Part shown: positions 10,926 through 19,878 of the stretch, piece by piece
Layout of the letters: every line of letters starts with the position of its first letter
Position numbering within the stretch: the first letter of the stretch is position 1
DNA from: Verrucomicrobiota bacterium
Lineage (GTDB): Bacteria > Verrucomicrobiota > Verrucomicrobiia > Limisphaerales > UBA9464
Reading direction: 5' to 3'
NCBI GenBank assembly: GCA_008933025.1
Contig: WBXI01000001.1
Location: 8,998-72,997 of the forward strand
Length of the DNA stretch: 64,000 bases
The notes under the pieces: model-generated
Databases searched by the model: none
What the model was told of the DNA's origin: nothing
Seen by the model: only the letters and a program-made list of their open reading frames with translations
Position numbers and translations under genes: made by a program

Positions 10926-12563
10926 TCAGTAGTCCATTCCGCCGCCGCCCCCGTGGTGGGGATCTCCGGCCGGCTTTTCCTTCCGCTCCGGGATCTCGGT
11001 GATGAGAGCCTCGGTCGTGAGCATCAGGCCCGCGATCGACGCCGCGTTCTGCAGCGCCGAACGGGTCACCTTCTTCGGGTCGACCACGCCGGCCTTCACG
11101 AGGTCCTCGTAGTCGCCGGTCGCGACGTTGTAGCCGTCGTTGCCCTTGCGGCGCTTGACCTCCTGGACGATCAGGCTGCCCTCGACGCCGGCGTTGTTCG
11201 CCAACTCGCGCAGCGGGGACTCGACCGCGCGGCGGACGATGTCGACGCCGGTCTGCTCGTCGTGGTTGCTGAGCTTGAGGGCCTCGATCGCGGGCAGCGT
11301 GCGCAGGAGCGCCACGCCGCCGCCGGGAACGATGCCTTCCTCGACGGCCGCACGGGTCGCGTGCAGGGCGTCCTCGACGCGCGCCTTCTTTTCCTTCATC
11401 TCGGTCTCGGTCGCGGCACCGACATGGATCACGGCCACGCCGCCGGCGAGCTTCGCCAGGCGCTCCTGGAGTTTCTCCCGGTCGTAGTCCGAGGTGGTCT
11501 CCTCGATCTGGCGGCGAATCTGGTTCACCCGGCCCTGGATCTCGGAATTCTTGCCGTTGCCCTCGACGATCGTGGTGTTTTCCTTGGCCACCACGATGGA
11601 GCGCGCGCGGCCGAGGTCCGACAACTCGAGGTTCTCGAGCTTGATGCCGAGGTCCTCGGTGATGCACTTGCCGCCGGTGAGGATCGCGATGTCCTCGAGC
11701 ATGGACTTGCGGCGGTCACCGAAGCCGGGCGCCTTGACGGCGACGACGTTGATGGTGCCGCGGAGCTTGTTCACGACGAGCGTCGCGAGCGCCTCGCCCT
11801 CGACCTCTTCGCAGATGATCAGGAGCGGCTTGCTGGTCTTGGCGACCTTCTCGAGGAGCGGGAGGAGGTCCTTGAGACCGGAGATCTTCTTCTCGTAGAT
11901 CAGCACGTAGGAGTCGTCGAGCTTGGCCTCCATGGTCTCCGCGTTGGTCACGAAGTACGGCGAGAGGTAGCCCTTGTCGAACTGCATGCCTTCGACCACG
12001 TCGAGCGTCGTCTCGATGGACTTCGCTTCCTCGACGGTGATCGTGCCGTCCTTGCCGACCTTGTCCATCGCGTCGGCGATGATCTCGCCGATCGTGGTGT
12101 CCCAGTTGGCGGAAACGGTGGCGACCTGCTTGATCTCTTCCTTGTCCTTGACCTTCTTGGCGATCTTCGCGAGGTGCTCGACCGCGGCCTCGACGGCCTT
12201 GTGGATGCCGCGCTGCAGCGAGACCGGGTTCGCGCCGGCGGTGACGTGCTTCAGACCCTCGCGGTAGATGGACTCCGCGAGCACGGTGGCGGTGGTGGTG
12301 CCGTCGCCCGCGATGTCGGAGGTCTTGCTGGCGACCTCGCGCACCATTTGGGCGCCCATGTTCTGGTACGGGTTCGGCAACTCGATCTCCTTCGCGACGG
12401 AGACGCCGTCCTTGGTCACCGTCGGGGAACCGAATTTCTTGTCGATGACGACGTTCCGGCCCTTCGGCCCGAGCGTGGCCTTGACGGCCTTGGCGAGGAT
12501 TTCGACGCCGCGCAGGAGTTCCTGGCGGGCGACTTCATCAAACAACAGTTGTTTGGCAGCCAT
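10926..12563 (-). CDS. groEL: chaperonin GroEL
   Basis: 545 aa. [34 protein letters not shown]-terminal GGGGGMDY. Confidence 0.98.
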   Translation of the reverse strand: MAAKQLLFDEVARQELLRGVEILAKAVKATLGPKGRNVVIDKKFGSPTVTKDGVSVAKEIELPNPYQNMGAQMVREVASKTSDIAGDGTTTATVLAESIYREGLKHVTAGANPVSLQRGIHKAVEAAVEHLAKIAKKVKDKEEIKQVATVSANWDTTIGEIIADAMDKVGKDGTITVEEAKSIETTLDVVEGMQFDKGYLSPYFVTNAETMEAKLDDSYVLIYEKKISGLKDLLPLLEKVAKTSKPLLIICEEVEGEALATLVVNKLRGTINVVAVKAPGFGDRRKSMLEDIAILTGGKCITEDLGIKLENLELSDLGRARSIVVAKENTTIVEGNGKNSEIQGRVNQIRRQIEETTSDYDREKLQERLAKLAGGVAVIHVGAATETEMKEKKARVEDALHATRAAVEEGIVPGGGVALLRTLPAIEALKLSNHDEQTGVDIVRRAVESPLRELANNAGVEGSLIVQEVKRRKGNDGYNVATGDYEDLVKAGVVDPKKVTRSALQNAASIAGLMLTTEALITEIPERKEKPAGDPHHGGGGGMDY

Positions 12564-12603
12564 GATTCAGTGGGATTGTAGGATTGAAAACGTTCGGGTG
12601 GGA

Positions 12604-12897
12604 TCAGGCGACGATCGCGAGGATGTCGTCGGAATTGAGGAGCTTGTATTCGCGGCCATCGACCTTGATCTCGGTGCCGCCGTACTTGGAGATGAGAACG
12701 CGGTCGCCGACCTTGACCTCGAAGGCCACGATCTTGCCGTCGTCGTCTTTCTTGCCGGTCCCGAGCACGCGAACGATGCCCTCGGTGGGCTTCTCCTTGG
12801 CGGAATCGGGAATGATGATGCCGCCCTTCTTGACTTCCTTCTCTTCGACGGGCTCGACGAGCACACGGTCGCCGAGGGGTTTCACATTGAGTGCCAT
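12604..12897 (-). CDS. groES: co-chaperonin GroES
   Basis: 97 aa from an internal ATG: [67 protein letters not shown]. Confidence 0.95.
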   Translation of the reverse strand: MALNVKPLGDRVLVEPVEEKEVKKGGIIIPDSAKEKPTEGIVRVLGTGKKDDDGKIVAFEVKVGDRVLISKYGGTEIKVDGREYKLLNSDDILAIVA

Positions 12898-12960
12898 GTT
12901 ATGGATTGTATCGGTACATTGCGTTTGCTGCGTAATCATCTCCCGCCGCACCCGCGGCCG

Positions 12961-13004
12961 GGAAAATCAAGGCGGTGGCGGGCACCCAGGGCACCCGCCA
13001 CCGC
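12961..13004 (-). terminator. intrinsic terminator after dnaK
   Basis: Minus strand reads GCGGTGGCGGG-TGCCCTGGGTG-CCCGCCACCGC followed by CTTGATTTTCC, about 15 nt after the dnaK stop. Confidence 0.7.
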
Positions 13005-13018
13005 GTCAAAGCGATCCG

Positions 13019-14968
13019 TCATTTCTTTTTCTCGTCGACGACTTCCGCGTCGATGATCGGGCCCTCGCCGGTCTTGGCATCGTCGGGCTTCCCACCCGCG
13101 GACGCACCGCCGTCGGCCGACCCGGTTCCGGAGCCAGCGCCGGCCGCGCCACCCTCGGCGCCGCCCTTCGCGTACAACTCCTGGCCCGCGGCCTGAAGGA
13201 CCTCGTTGAGTTGGTCCAGCGCCGCGCGCACCGCGGCCACGTCGGACCCCTTCAGCGCGTCGCGGACGGCCTTCGCGCCGTCGTCGATCTTCGCCTTCGC
13301 GGCACCGATCTTCTCGGCATTCTCCCGCGCGAACTTCTCCGCGCGGTAGGCCGTGTTGTCCGCCTCGTTGCGCAGGTCGACTTCCTCGCGCCGCGCCTTG
13401 TCCTCGTCCGCGTGGGATTCCGCATCCCGACGCATCCGCTCGACGTCGTCCTTCGACAGGCCGCTCGACGCCGTGATGGAAATCTTCTGCGTCTTGCCCG
13501 TGCCGAGATCCTTCGCGCTGACGTTCAGGATCCCGTTGGCGTCGATGTCGAACGTGACCTCGATCTGGGGCACCCCGCGCGGGGCCGGGGGCAGGTCCCG
13601 GAGCTCGAAGCGACCGAGGGATTTGTTGTCGCGGGCGAACTGACGCTCGCCCTGGAGGACATGGACTTCCACGCCCGGCTGATTGTCGGAGGCCGTCGAA
13701 AAAATCTCCGACTTGCGGGTTGGGATCGTGGTGTTGCGCTCGATGAGCCGGGTGGACACGCCACCCTGGGTCTCGATGCCAAGGGACAGCGGCGTCACGT
13801 CCAGCAACAGCACGTCCTTGACCTCGCCCTTGAGCACGCCGCCCTGGATGCCCGCGCCGATCGCGACCACCTCGTCGGGATTCACCCCTTGGTGCGGCGG
13901 CTTGCTCACCAGACCCCGCGCCGTTTCCACCACGCGGGGCATGCGGGTCATGCCACCGACCAAGACCAGTTCGTCGATCTGGCTGGCATCCAAACCCGCG
14001 TCCCGCAGGCATGCCTTCGTCGGCGTGACCGTCCGCTCGAACAAGGTGTCGCAAAGCTGCTCCATCTTCGCCCGGGTCAGCTTGGTCTGGATGTGCTTCG
14101 GACCCGATGCGTCCGCGGTGATGAACGGGAGGTTGATGTCGTAAACCTGCGAGGAACTTAGCGCGATCTTGGCCTTCTCGGCCTCTTCCTTGATCCGCTG
14201 CAGGGCGTCCGGTTGCTTGCGCAGGTCGATGCCGGTGTCCCGGCGGAACTCCTCGAGGATCGAGTCCATCAGGGTGTTGTCCCAGTCGTCGCCGCCGAGG
14301 TGGGTGTCGCCGTTCGTGGCCTTCACCTCGAACACGCCGTCCCCGATCTCCAGCACCGAGATGTCGAAGGTGCCGCCACCAAGGTCGTACACCGCGATCT
14401 TCTCGTCCTTCTTCTTGTCCAGACCGTAGGCCAGCGATGCCGCCGTGGGCTCGTTGATGATGCGCAGGACCTCGAGACCCGCGATGCGGCCGGCATCCTT
14501 GGTCGCCTGCCGTTGCGAATCGTTGAAATAGGCCGGGACCGTGATCACCGCCTGGGTGATGGTCTCGCCCAAACGCACTTCGGCATCGGCTTTCAGCTTC
14601 GCCAGGATCATGGCGGAGACCTCGGGCGGGCTGAACTGCTGGGGCTTGCACTCGATTTCCACCTCGACCCACGCGTCGCCATTCGGTGCCTTCACGACTT
14701 TGTACGGCACCCGCTTCACCTCTTCCTGGACCTCGTCGAACTTCCGGCCCATGAAACGTTTGATGGAGTAGACGGTATTGCGGGCATTCGTCACCGCCTG
14801 ACGCTTCGCCGCCTCGCCCACCAACCGTTCGCCCGACTTGCTGAACGCGACCACCGAGGGGGTCGTGCGTTTGCCTTCGGAGTTTTCAAGCACCAACGGC
14901 TCGCCCGCGTCCATGACAGCCATGCACGAGTTCGTCGTCCCAAGATCAATTCCCAAAACTTTTGCCAT
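13019..14968 (-). CDS. dnaK: chaperone DnaK (Hsp70)
   Basis: 649 aa from the internal ATG at 14968: [31 protein letters not shown]..; the 53-codon upstream extension in the track ORF was rejected. Confidence 0.98.
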   Translation of the reverse strand: MAKVLGIDLGTTNSCMAVMDAGEPLVLENSEGKRTTPSVVAFSKSGERLVGEAAKRQAVTNARNTVYSIKRFMGRKFDEVQEEVKRVPYKVVKAPNGDAWVEVEIECKPQQFSPPEVSAMILAKLKADAEVRLGETITQAVITVPAYFNDSQRQATKDAGRIAGLEVLRIINEPTAASLAYGLDKKKDEKIAVYDLGGGTFDISVLEIGDGVFEVKATNGDTHLGGDDWDNTLMDSILEEFRRDTGIDLRKQPDALQRIKEEAEKAKIALSSSQVYDINLPFITADASGPKHIQTKLTRAKMEQLCDTLFERTVTPTKACLRDAGLDASQIDELVLVGGMTRMPRVVETARGLVSKPPHQGVNPDEVVAIGAGIQGGVLKGEVKDVLLLDVTPLSLGIETQGGVSTRLIERNTTIPTRKSEIFSTASDNQPGVEVHVLQGERQFARDNKSLGRFELRDLPPAPRGVPQIEVTFDIDANGILNVSAKDLGTGKTQKISITASSGLSKDDVERMRRDAESHADEDKARREEVDLRNEADNTAYRAEKFARENAEKIGAAKAKIDDGAKAVRDALKGSDVAAVRAALDQLNEVLQAAGQELYAKGGAEGGAAGAGSGTGSADGGASAGGKPDDAKTGEGPIIDAEVVDEKKK

Positions 14969-15113
14969 AAGCCTAAGCCCTTGCCCAAAATTCCTGAACC
15001 CACCCTGCAGGCCAAGTGCCGGTCCGGACGATTGCAAAAGAATTGCCACTCTACGGTTCAACGCCAATGGGTTGCGCACAATATCCAATCGACACGGCTT
15101 CTTTCGAACCGAT

Positions 15114-15187
15114 GGACTCCGTGCCAATGAGTGACATGGAATGCCATATTGTCACAGGAGTCCCATCGCGGGGCGCTCCATTGGCAC
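15114..15187. promoter_or_regulatory. crossed inverted repeats in the dnaK / dehydrogenase divergent intergenic region
   Basis: Plus strand: GGACTCC(15114-20) GTGCCAATG(15121-29) a GTGACA(15131-36) N13 TGTCAC(15150-55) a GGAGTCC(15157-63) ... CCATTGGCAC(15178-87). A third GCCAATGG lies at 15063-70. Function unknown. Confidence 0.35.
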
Positions 15188-15266
15188 GAGCGCAATTCCA
15201 AGCTGCCAAATCGAAATGGCCTGCCTAGAATGAGGCCGACATTTCTCCAAATCCCGACAACGACCT

Positions 15267-16193
15267 ATGAATGAACGCATCGGATTCGTCGGCCTCGGTC
15301 GCATGGGTGCCAACATGGCCCGTCGCCTCAAGGACTGTGGTTTCAATCTCACCGTGGTCCACGACGCCCGACCCGATGTCGCCCGGGAGCTCGCCCGGGA
15401 ACTCGGCACGTTTGCGGCGGAATCCCTCGCCGCGGTCACCGCGCATGCCGACGTCATCTTCACCGTCGTGACGGATGACGCCGCGATGAAGCGGATCTTT
15501 GCCCCGCGGGGGGACAGTCTCTTCACCAATGCCAAGGGGCATGTTTTCGTCAATTGCGCGACCCTGAGTCCCGCGGTGCACGTGGACCTCGCCAAGCGGG
15601 CCAAGAAGGCCGGTGCCCACACCCTCGAGGCCTGCATGGCATCGAGCATCACCCAAGCCCGCAATGGCACCCTCTATCTCATGATCGGCGGCGAAGACGC
15701 CGTGTACCAGCGCTTGAAGCACATCCTCGTGCTCCTGTCCGACGAGGGAAAGCTGATGCGCTACGTCGGGAGCGCCGGCCGTGCCGCGCAGCTCAAGGCC
15801 CTCGTCAACATGGTGATGAACATCAACACCGCCGGGCTGGCCGAAGGTCTTGCGTTGGCCGACGCCCTCGGTCTCGATCTGGGCACCGTCCGCGAGGTTT
15901 TCTCCCAGACGGGCGCCGCCTCCCGGGTCCTGGCGACCGACGGCGAGGACATGCAAAAGCGCGACCATTCCTGCTTCTTCAGCGCCGCCCATGCCGCCAA
16001 GGACAGCGGCATCGCCCTCGCCATGGCCCGAAAAGCCCGGATCAACGCGCCCCTCGCGGCAGCGGCCTACGCCCAATTCGCGCGCATGGTCCAACTGGGA
16101 CTCGGCGAACTCGACAAATCCGGCGTCGCCGAACTCACCTTCAAGGGCCGCGGCCCGCGCAAGACCACCCGGCCCAAGCGGAAGAAACGATAG
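15267..16193 (+). CDS. NAD(P)-dependent beta-hydroxyacid dehydrogenase family (3-hydroxyisobutyrate/6PGDH-like)
   Basis: 308 aa. MNERIGFVGLGRMGANMARRL Rossmann motif, family-typical body, and an unusual basic tail KGRGPRKTTRPKRKKR. Confidence 0.8.
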   Translation: MNERIGFVGLGRMGANMARRLKDCGFNLTVVHDARPDVARELARELGTFAAESLAAVTAHADVIFTVVTDDAAMKRIFAPRGDSLFTNAKGHVFVNCATLSPAVHVDLAKRAKKAGAHTLEACMASSITQARNGTLYLMIGGEDAVYQRLKHILVLLSDEGKLMRYVGSAGRAAQLKALVNMVMNINTAGLAEGLALADALGLDLGTVREVFSQTGAASRVLATDGEDMQKRDHSCFFSAAHAAKDSGIALAMARKARINAPLAAAAYAQFARMVQLGLGELDKSGVAELTFKGRGPRKTTRPKRKKR

Positions 16194-16256
16194 CCCCCTG
16201 CCCGGTCGTTCCACCGGTTTGCCGGGCCCCGCGCCCGCGGCCCCTCCCGGAACCCC

Positions 16257-16949
16257 ATGCCCCGAGAATCCCAAGCGCAACGCCGCGCCCGCGCCGCCGC
16301 CATCCTCGGGGCGCTCGCGCGCGCCTATCCGGATGCGCATTGCGAGCTGGCGTTCTCCAACCCGCTCGAATTGCTCGTTGCCACCATCCTCTCCGCGCAG
16401 TGCACCGACCGGCAGGTCAACCGGGTCACCGCCGACCTCTTCCTCAAATACCGGACCGCGGCCGATTACGCCGCCGCCGACCCGGCCGTGTTGGAGGGCG
16501 ACATCCGCCGGATCGGCCTGTTCCGTGCCAAGGCCAGGAACATCCGTTCTTGTTGCCAGTCGCTGGTGGAACGGCACGCCGGCGAGGTGCCCCGGACCAT
16601 CGACGCGCTGACCGCCCTCGCCGGCGTCGGACGCAAGACTGCCAACGTCGTCCTTGGAAACGCGTTCGCGACCAACGTCGGGGTGGTGGTCGACACCCAC
16701 GTGCAGCGTCTCCATGGACGCCTGCGTCTCGGCGGCGGCACGACGCCGGAGAAGATCGAGCGGGAACTCATGGCCCTGTTTCCGGCCGAGCACTGGGCGA
16801 TGCTAAGTCATTGGCTGATTTGGCACGGCCGACGCCGGTGCGGCGCCCGCAAACCGGACTGCGCGGACTGCGAACTCGGCGCGCTCTGCCCTTCCGCGGG
16901 AAAAATCGGTGCATTTCGCGGCCCGTCCCGCGAAAGTCCCGGGCCATGA
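16257..16949 (+). CDS. nth: endonuclease III
   Basis: 230 aa. LLVATILSAQCTDRQVN, HhH-GPD region LAGVGRKTANVVLG, and Fe-S cluster motif CGARKPDCADCELGALC. Confidence 0.9.
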   Translation: MPRESQAQRRARAAAILGALARAYPDAHCELAFSNPLELLVATILSAQCTDRQVNRVTADLFLKYRTAADYAAADPAVLEGDIRRIGLFRAKARNIRSCCQSLVERHAGEVPRTIDALTALAGVGRKTANVVLGNAFATNVGVVVDTHVQRLHGRLRLGGGTTPEKIERELMALFPAEHWAMLSHWLIWHGRRRCGARKPDCADCELGALCPSAGKIGAFRGPSRESPGP

Positions 16950-17512
16950 CACAGGCGGAAGCCCTCGATTTGTTCCGGCAGACCGGCGCCCTTTTGGACG
17001 GCCATTTTGTCCTCCGCAGCGGTTTGCACTCGCGCCAGTTCTTCCAGTGCGCGCTCGCACTCCAGCAGATGCCCATCGTCGAACGCTTCGGCGCCGCGCT
17101 CGCCGAAAAAGCCCGCGCGCTCGGCGCCCGGACCGTCATCGCACCCGCCATGGGCGGCCTCGTCATCGGGCAGGAAGTGGCCCGCCAACTCGGGCTCCGC
17201 TTCATCTTCGTCGAAAAGGAAGAAGGCAAACTCGTCCTCCGCCGCGGCTTCCGGATTGCCAAGGACGAACCGATCCTCGTCGTCGAGGACGTGGTCACCA
17301 AGGGCGGCCGCGTCCAGGAAACCATCGACATCGTCCGCCAGCACCACGGCCATGTCGCCGGGGTCGCCATGTTGGTCGACCGTTCGAACGGGACCGTCGA
17401 CCTCGGGGTCCCGACGATCAGCCTGATTCGCCTCCATGTGGAGGCGTTCCCGGCCGACCAATTGCCGCCGGACCTCGCGGCGACTCCCGCGACCAAGCCC
17501 GGCAGCAAGTGA
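16946..17512 (+). CDS. pyrE: orotate phosphoribosyltransferase
   Basis: 188 aa from the ATG at 16946 (ATGA overlap with the nth stop). GHFVLRSGLHSRQFFQC, and PRPP motif ILVVEDVVTKGGRV. Confidence 0.9.
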   Translation: MTQAEALDLFRQTGALLDGHFVLRSGLHSRQFFQCALALQQMPIVERFGAALAEKARALGARTVIAPAMGGLVIGQEVARQLGLRFIFVEKEEGKLVLRRGFRIAKDEPILVVEDVVTKGGRVQETIDIVRQHHGHVAGVAMLVDRSNGTVDLGVPTISLIRLHVEAFPADQLPPDLAATPATKPGSK

Positions 17513-17524
17513 TGGCCCGGCGGA

Positions 17525-18154
17525 TCATGGCACCCGCGACACCGTGAGATCGTCGAAGCGGATCGGGGTCCCGCTGAAGGGCATGCCCCATGCCCCCGCC
17601 AATCCGGCCGGCAATCCCGTCGTTTCGAGTTTCAGCGTCCAGTCCGCCGGCTCGGTCGGCCCTTGCCACACTTTGGCGGTCACCAACACCCCGCCGCCGG
17701 CGGCGACCACCCGGAGTTTCAGCGAGGTCCATTCCCCGCTCTTCCACGCAAGGGGCGCGCTGGCCTTGGATTCGTCGCCCTGCACCAATTCCACCGCGTT
17801 TTTCGCCGGGGAAACCCGCACCTTGAACCCGTTCACCCCGTTCAGTCCGGCGGCGAAGGTGGGGAACTTGCGCCCCGACTTGGTTCCCAAGATCCGAACC
17901 TGAACCTCGTTGCCCGCGGCCGCGTTCGGTCCGAACAACACCCCGAACGTCTCCAGCGGCGATCCCGGCAACTCGAGGAACCGGTTGCCCTCGGCCTCTT
18001 TCACCGCGAACTGGCCGTCGAGGACCATCACGCCGGCCGGCGGTTCCGGCACTTTGCCGTCCTTGGCGGATTCGAAATCCTGCACGTACAACGGCGCCGC
18101 CACCGCGCCCATGGAACAGGCCACCATCGACAGCAACGCGATCCCCAGTTTCAT
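17525..18154 (-). CDS. secreted protein, possibly LamG/DUF1080-like jelly-roll (tentative)
   Basis: 209 aa from the internal ATG at 18154. Signal peptide MKLGIALLSMVACSMGAVAAP and a beta-rich body. The family call is by weak resemblance only. Confidence 0.55.
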   Translation of the reverse strand: MKLGIALLSMVACSMGAVAAPLYVQDFESAKDGKVPEPPAGVMVLDGQFAVKEAEGNRFLELPGSPLETFGVLFGPNAAAGNEVQVRILGTKSGRKFPTFAAGLNGVNGFKVRVSPAKNAVELVQGDESKASAPLAWKSGEWTSLKLRVVAAGGGVLVTAKVWQGPTEPADWTLKLETTGLPAGLAGAWGMPFSGTPIRFDDLTVSRVP

Positions 18155-18285
18155 GCGCGCCAAAATGGACGTCCCGCCGGGGCAGCGCAACCCGCGTTCC
18201 TTCCGCGTTCCTCCCGCGCGCCAACGTCCACCCCGGCCCCGGAAGGTCCCGGTGCCGGCCGGCCAAGGGCACGCGCGGCACGCGG

Positions 18286-19044
18286 TCACCATTCCCCGCG
18301 TCGTCCGAACCGGGCGCGGGTGTTCTCGCCGAACGTGCGGGCGGCGGCGTCGATCGCGGCGCGGACCTCCTCGCTCGTTTTTCCGGCCGTGTCCCGGGCG
18401 GCGGCGATGACCGTCCCGCATTCGTTGTCGTCCATGAACCGCGCGGCCTCCAACAGGCGCGGCGCGTCCTCGTGCGGGATCGCCAGGAAGCCGTGTTTGT
18501 CGGCGTGGACGAGTTGGCCGGGCCGGATCCCGCGCCCGAATATCTCGACCTCGCAGTTCCACCGGACCGGCCAACTGGAGGCATGCCCGACGCACAGGCG
18601 GCGCGCGAGGGCCTTGAACCCGGCGTTGGCCATTTCGTCGAGGTCCCGCACGGCGCCGTCGGTGATCGTGCCCACGCAGCCCAGCGCACGGTGGATGTTG
18701 GCGTTCACCTCGCCCCAGAACGCGCCGAGCACGCGCGGTTTGTCCAAATCCTGGACGACGACGATCTTCGGTCCCGGCACGCTGGCGACGTAGGCCCGGT
18801 ATTCCTCCCAGGCCCTCGGGTGCGCTCGCGGGTGCGACGCGTTTCCCGGCTCGACCACCACCGTCACCGCATGGCCGACCATCGGGCCCATCTGCGGCAT
18901 GAAGTCGCGGGTTTCCTCCAGGTTGAACCCTTCGGCGTTGGGGTCGTGGCGGGTGATCTGTTCCCAGCCGTTGTAAATGGTCGGCGTGTTCCAACGCTTG
19001 AGCCGGAGCAAGTCGGCGTGCGCGAGCGGGCGTTCTGACTGCAT
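18286..19044 (-). CDS. RraA-family protein (RraA / HMG-CHA aldolase-like)
   Basis: 252 aa from the ATG at 19044. IVVVQDLDKPRVLGAFWGEVNANIHRALGCVGTITDGAVRDLDE and PGQLVHADKHGFLAIP resemble the RraA fold family. Confidence 0.7.
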   Translation of the reverse strand: MQSERPLAHADLLRLKRWNTPTIYNGWEQITRHDPNAEGFNLEETRDFMPQMGPMVGHAVTVVVEPGNASHPRAHPRAWEEYRAYVASVPGPKIVVVQDLDKPRVLGAFWGEVNANIHRALGCVGTITDGAVRDLDEMANAGFKALARRLCVGHASSWPVRWNCEVEIFGRGIRPGQLVHADKHGFLAIPHEDAPRLLEAARFMDDNECGTVIAAARDTAGKTSEEVRAAIDAAARTFGENTRARFGRRGEW

Positions 19045-19149
19045 GGGTGGAAGGGTGCGGTTTGACGCGATCCCCCGGCAAGGGCGCGGTCGGGTGCGCG
19101 ATGCGATCGCGGACGATGCGGAGTGGGTTTCCAATCCGAAGGGGATGGG

Positions 19150-19878
19150 TCAGGACTGGCCGGCTGCGAGAACCTCGACGAGGTAGCGGAGTTCCTGGTC
19201 GACCACGGAGAACGACGGGACCGTCTGCGCCACTTCCCCGCGCACCAGTTCGCGGAACCGTCGTCGCATCCGGTGGATCGCGACCCGCAACGCGCCCTCG
19301 CTCGACCCGAGTCGTTCCGCGGCGTCCGCGCCCACGGGCGCGCCATCCGCGAGCCATGCCTTGAGGTGGGCGAATTGTTCGCCGCGTCCCGCGTCGGCAT
19401 ACTCGGCCGACAACCGGGCCAGCGATCGGTCCATGATGGCCAATGCCCACTGGCGGTCGAAGAGCGCGTCGGGGTCGCCCGCCGGGGCCGCGACCTCGAG
19501 GCCCGGCGAAGTGTCGGTCCCGTGCGGGAGCGGTTCGTGGGGCGTCCCGCCGCCGCGCTTGGCGGCCGCCGCGTGCGCGCGGAAGTCGGCGAGAAAATGG
19601 CGCAGCGCGCCCAAGAGGAACGAACGGAAGCGTCCCCGGACGGGATCGACCCCGGCGAGGCTGTCGCGCGCCAACAATCGCGCGAAAAACTCCTGTGCCA
19701 ATTCCCGGGCCGCGTCCTCGTCGCGTCCCTCGCGCTGGAGGAAGCGCAGCACCGGTTGGTAATACGCCGCGCACAAATCGCCGAGCGCCGCGCGGGCCTG
19801 CGGCGTGTCGCCCCGTGCCTGCAACACCAGGGTCCAGCGGGTCGGCGCGAAGGTCCCGGGAAGGCTTTCGGGAGTCAT
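19150..19878 (-). CDS. ECF-type RNA polymerase sigma factor (kinase-associated type)
   Basis: 242 aa from the ATG at 19878 (ATGA overlap with the kinase stop). TRWTLVL..AALGDLCAAYYQPVLRFL (sigma-2-like) and SSEGALRVAIHRMRRRFRELV (sigma-4 HTH-like). Confidence 0.85.
   Translation of the reverse strand: MTPESLPGTFAPTRWTLVLQARGDTPQARAALGDLCAAYYQPVLRFLQREGRDEDAARELAQEFFARLLARDSLAGVDPVRGRFRSFLLGALRHFLADFRAHAAAAKRGGGTPHEPLPHGTDTSPGLEVAAPAGDPDALFDRQWALAIMDRSLARLSAEYADAGRGEQFAHLKAWLADGAPVGADAAERLGSSEGALRVAIHRMRRRFRELVRGEVAQTVPSFSVVDQELRYLVEVLAAGQS

Noticed and set aside
10092-12581. 829-aa ORF on the plus strand
   Set aside because: It is antisense to groEL and the HupE-like gene. It has the typical high-GC shadow composition (G/R/L/D/V/H-rich) and no motifs.
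12898-13018. Search for a CIRCE/HrcA operator upstream of groES, and also 14969-15266 upstream of dnaK
   Set aside because: There is no TTAGCACTC-N9-GAGTGCTAA or close variant on either strand.
15182-15199. TGGCACG resembling the -24 element of a sigma-54 promoter
   Set aside because: The required TTGC (-12) element at the correct spacing is missing on both strands; CAAT and CCAT are found instead.
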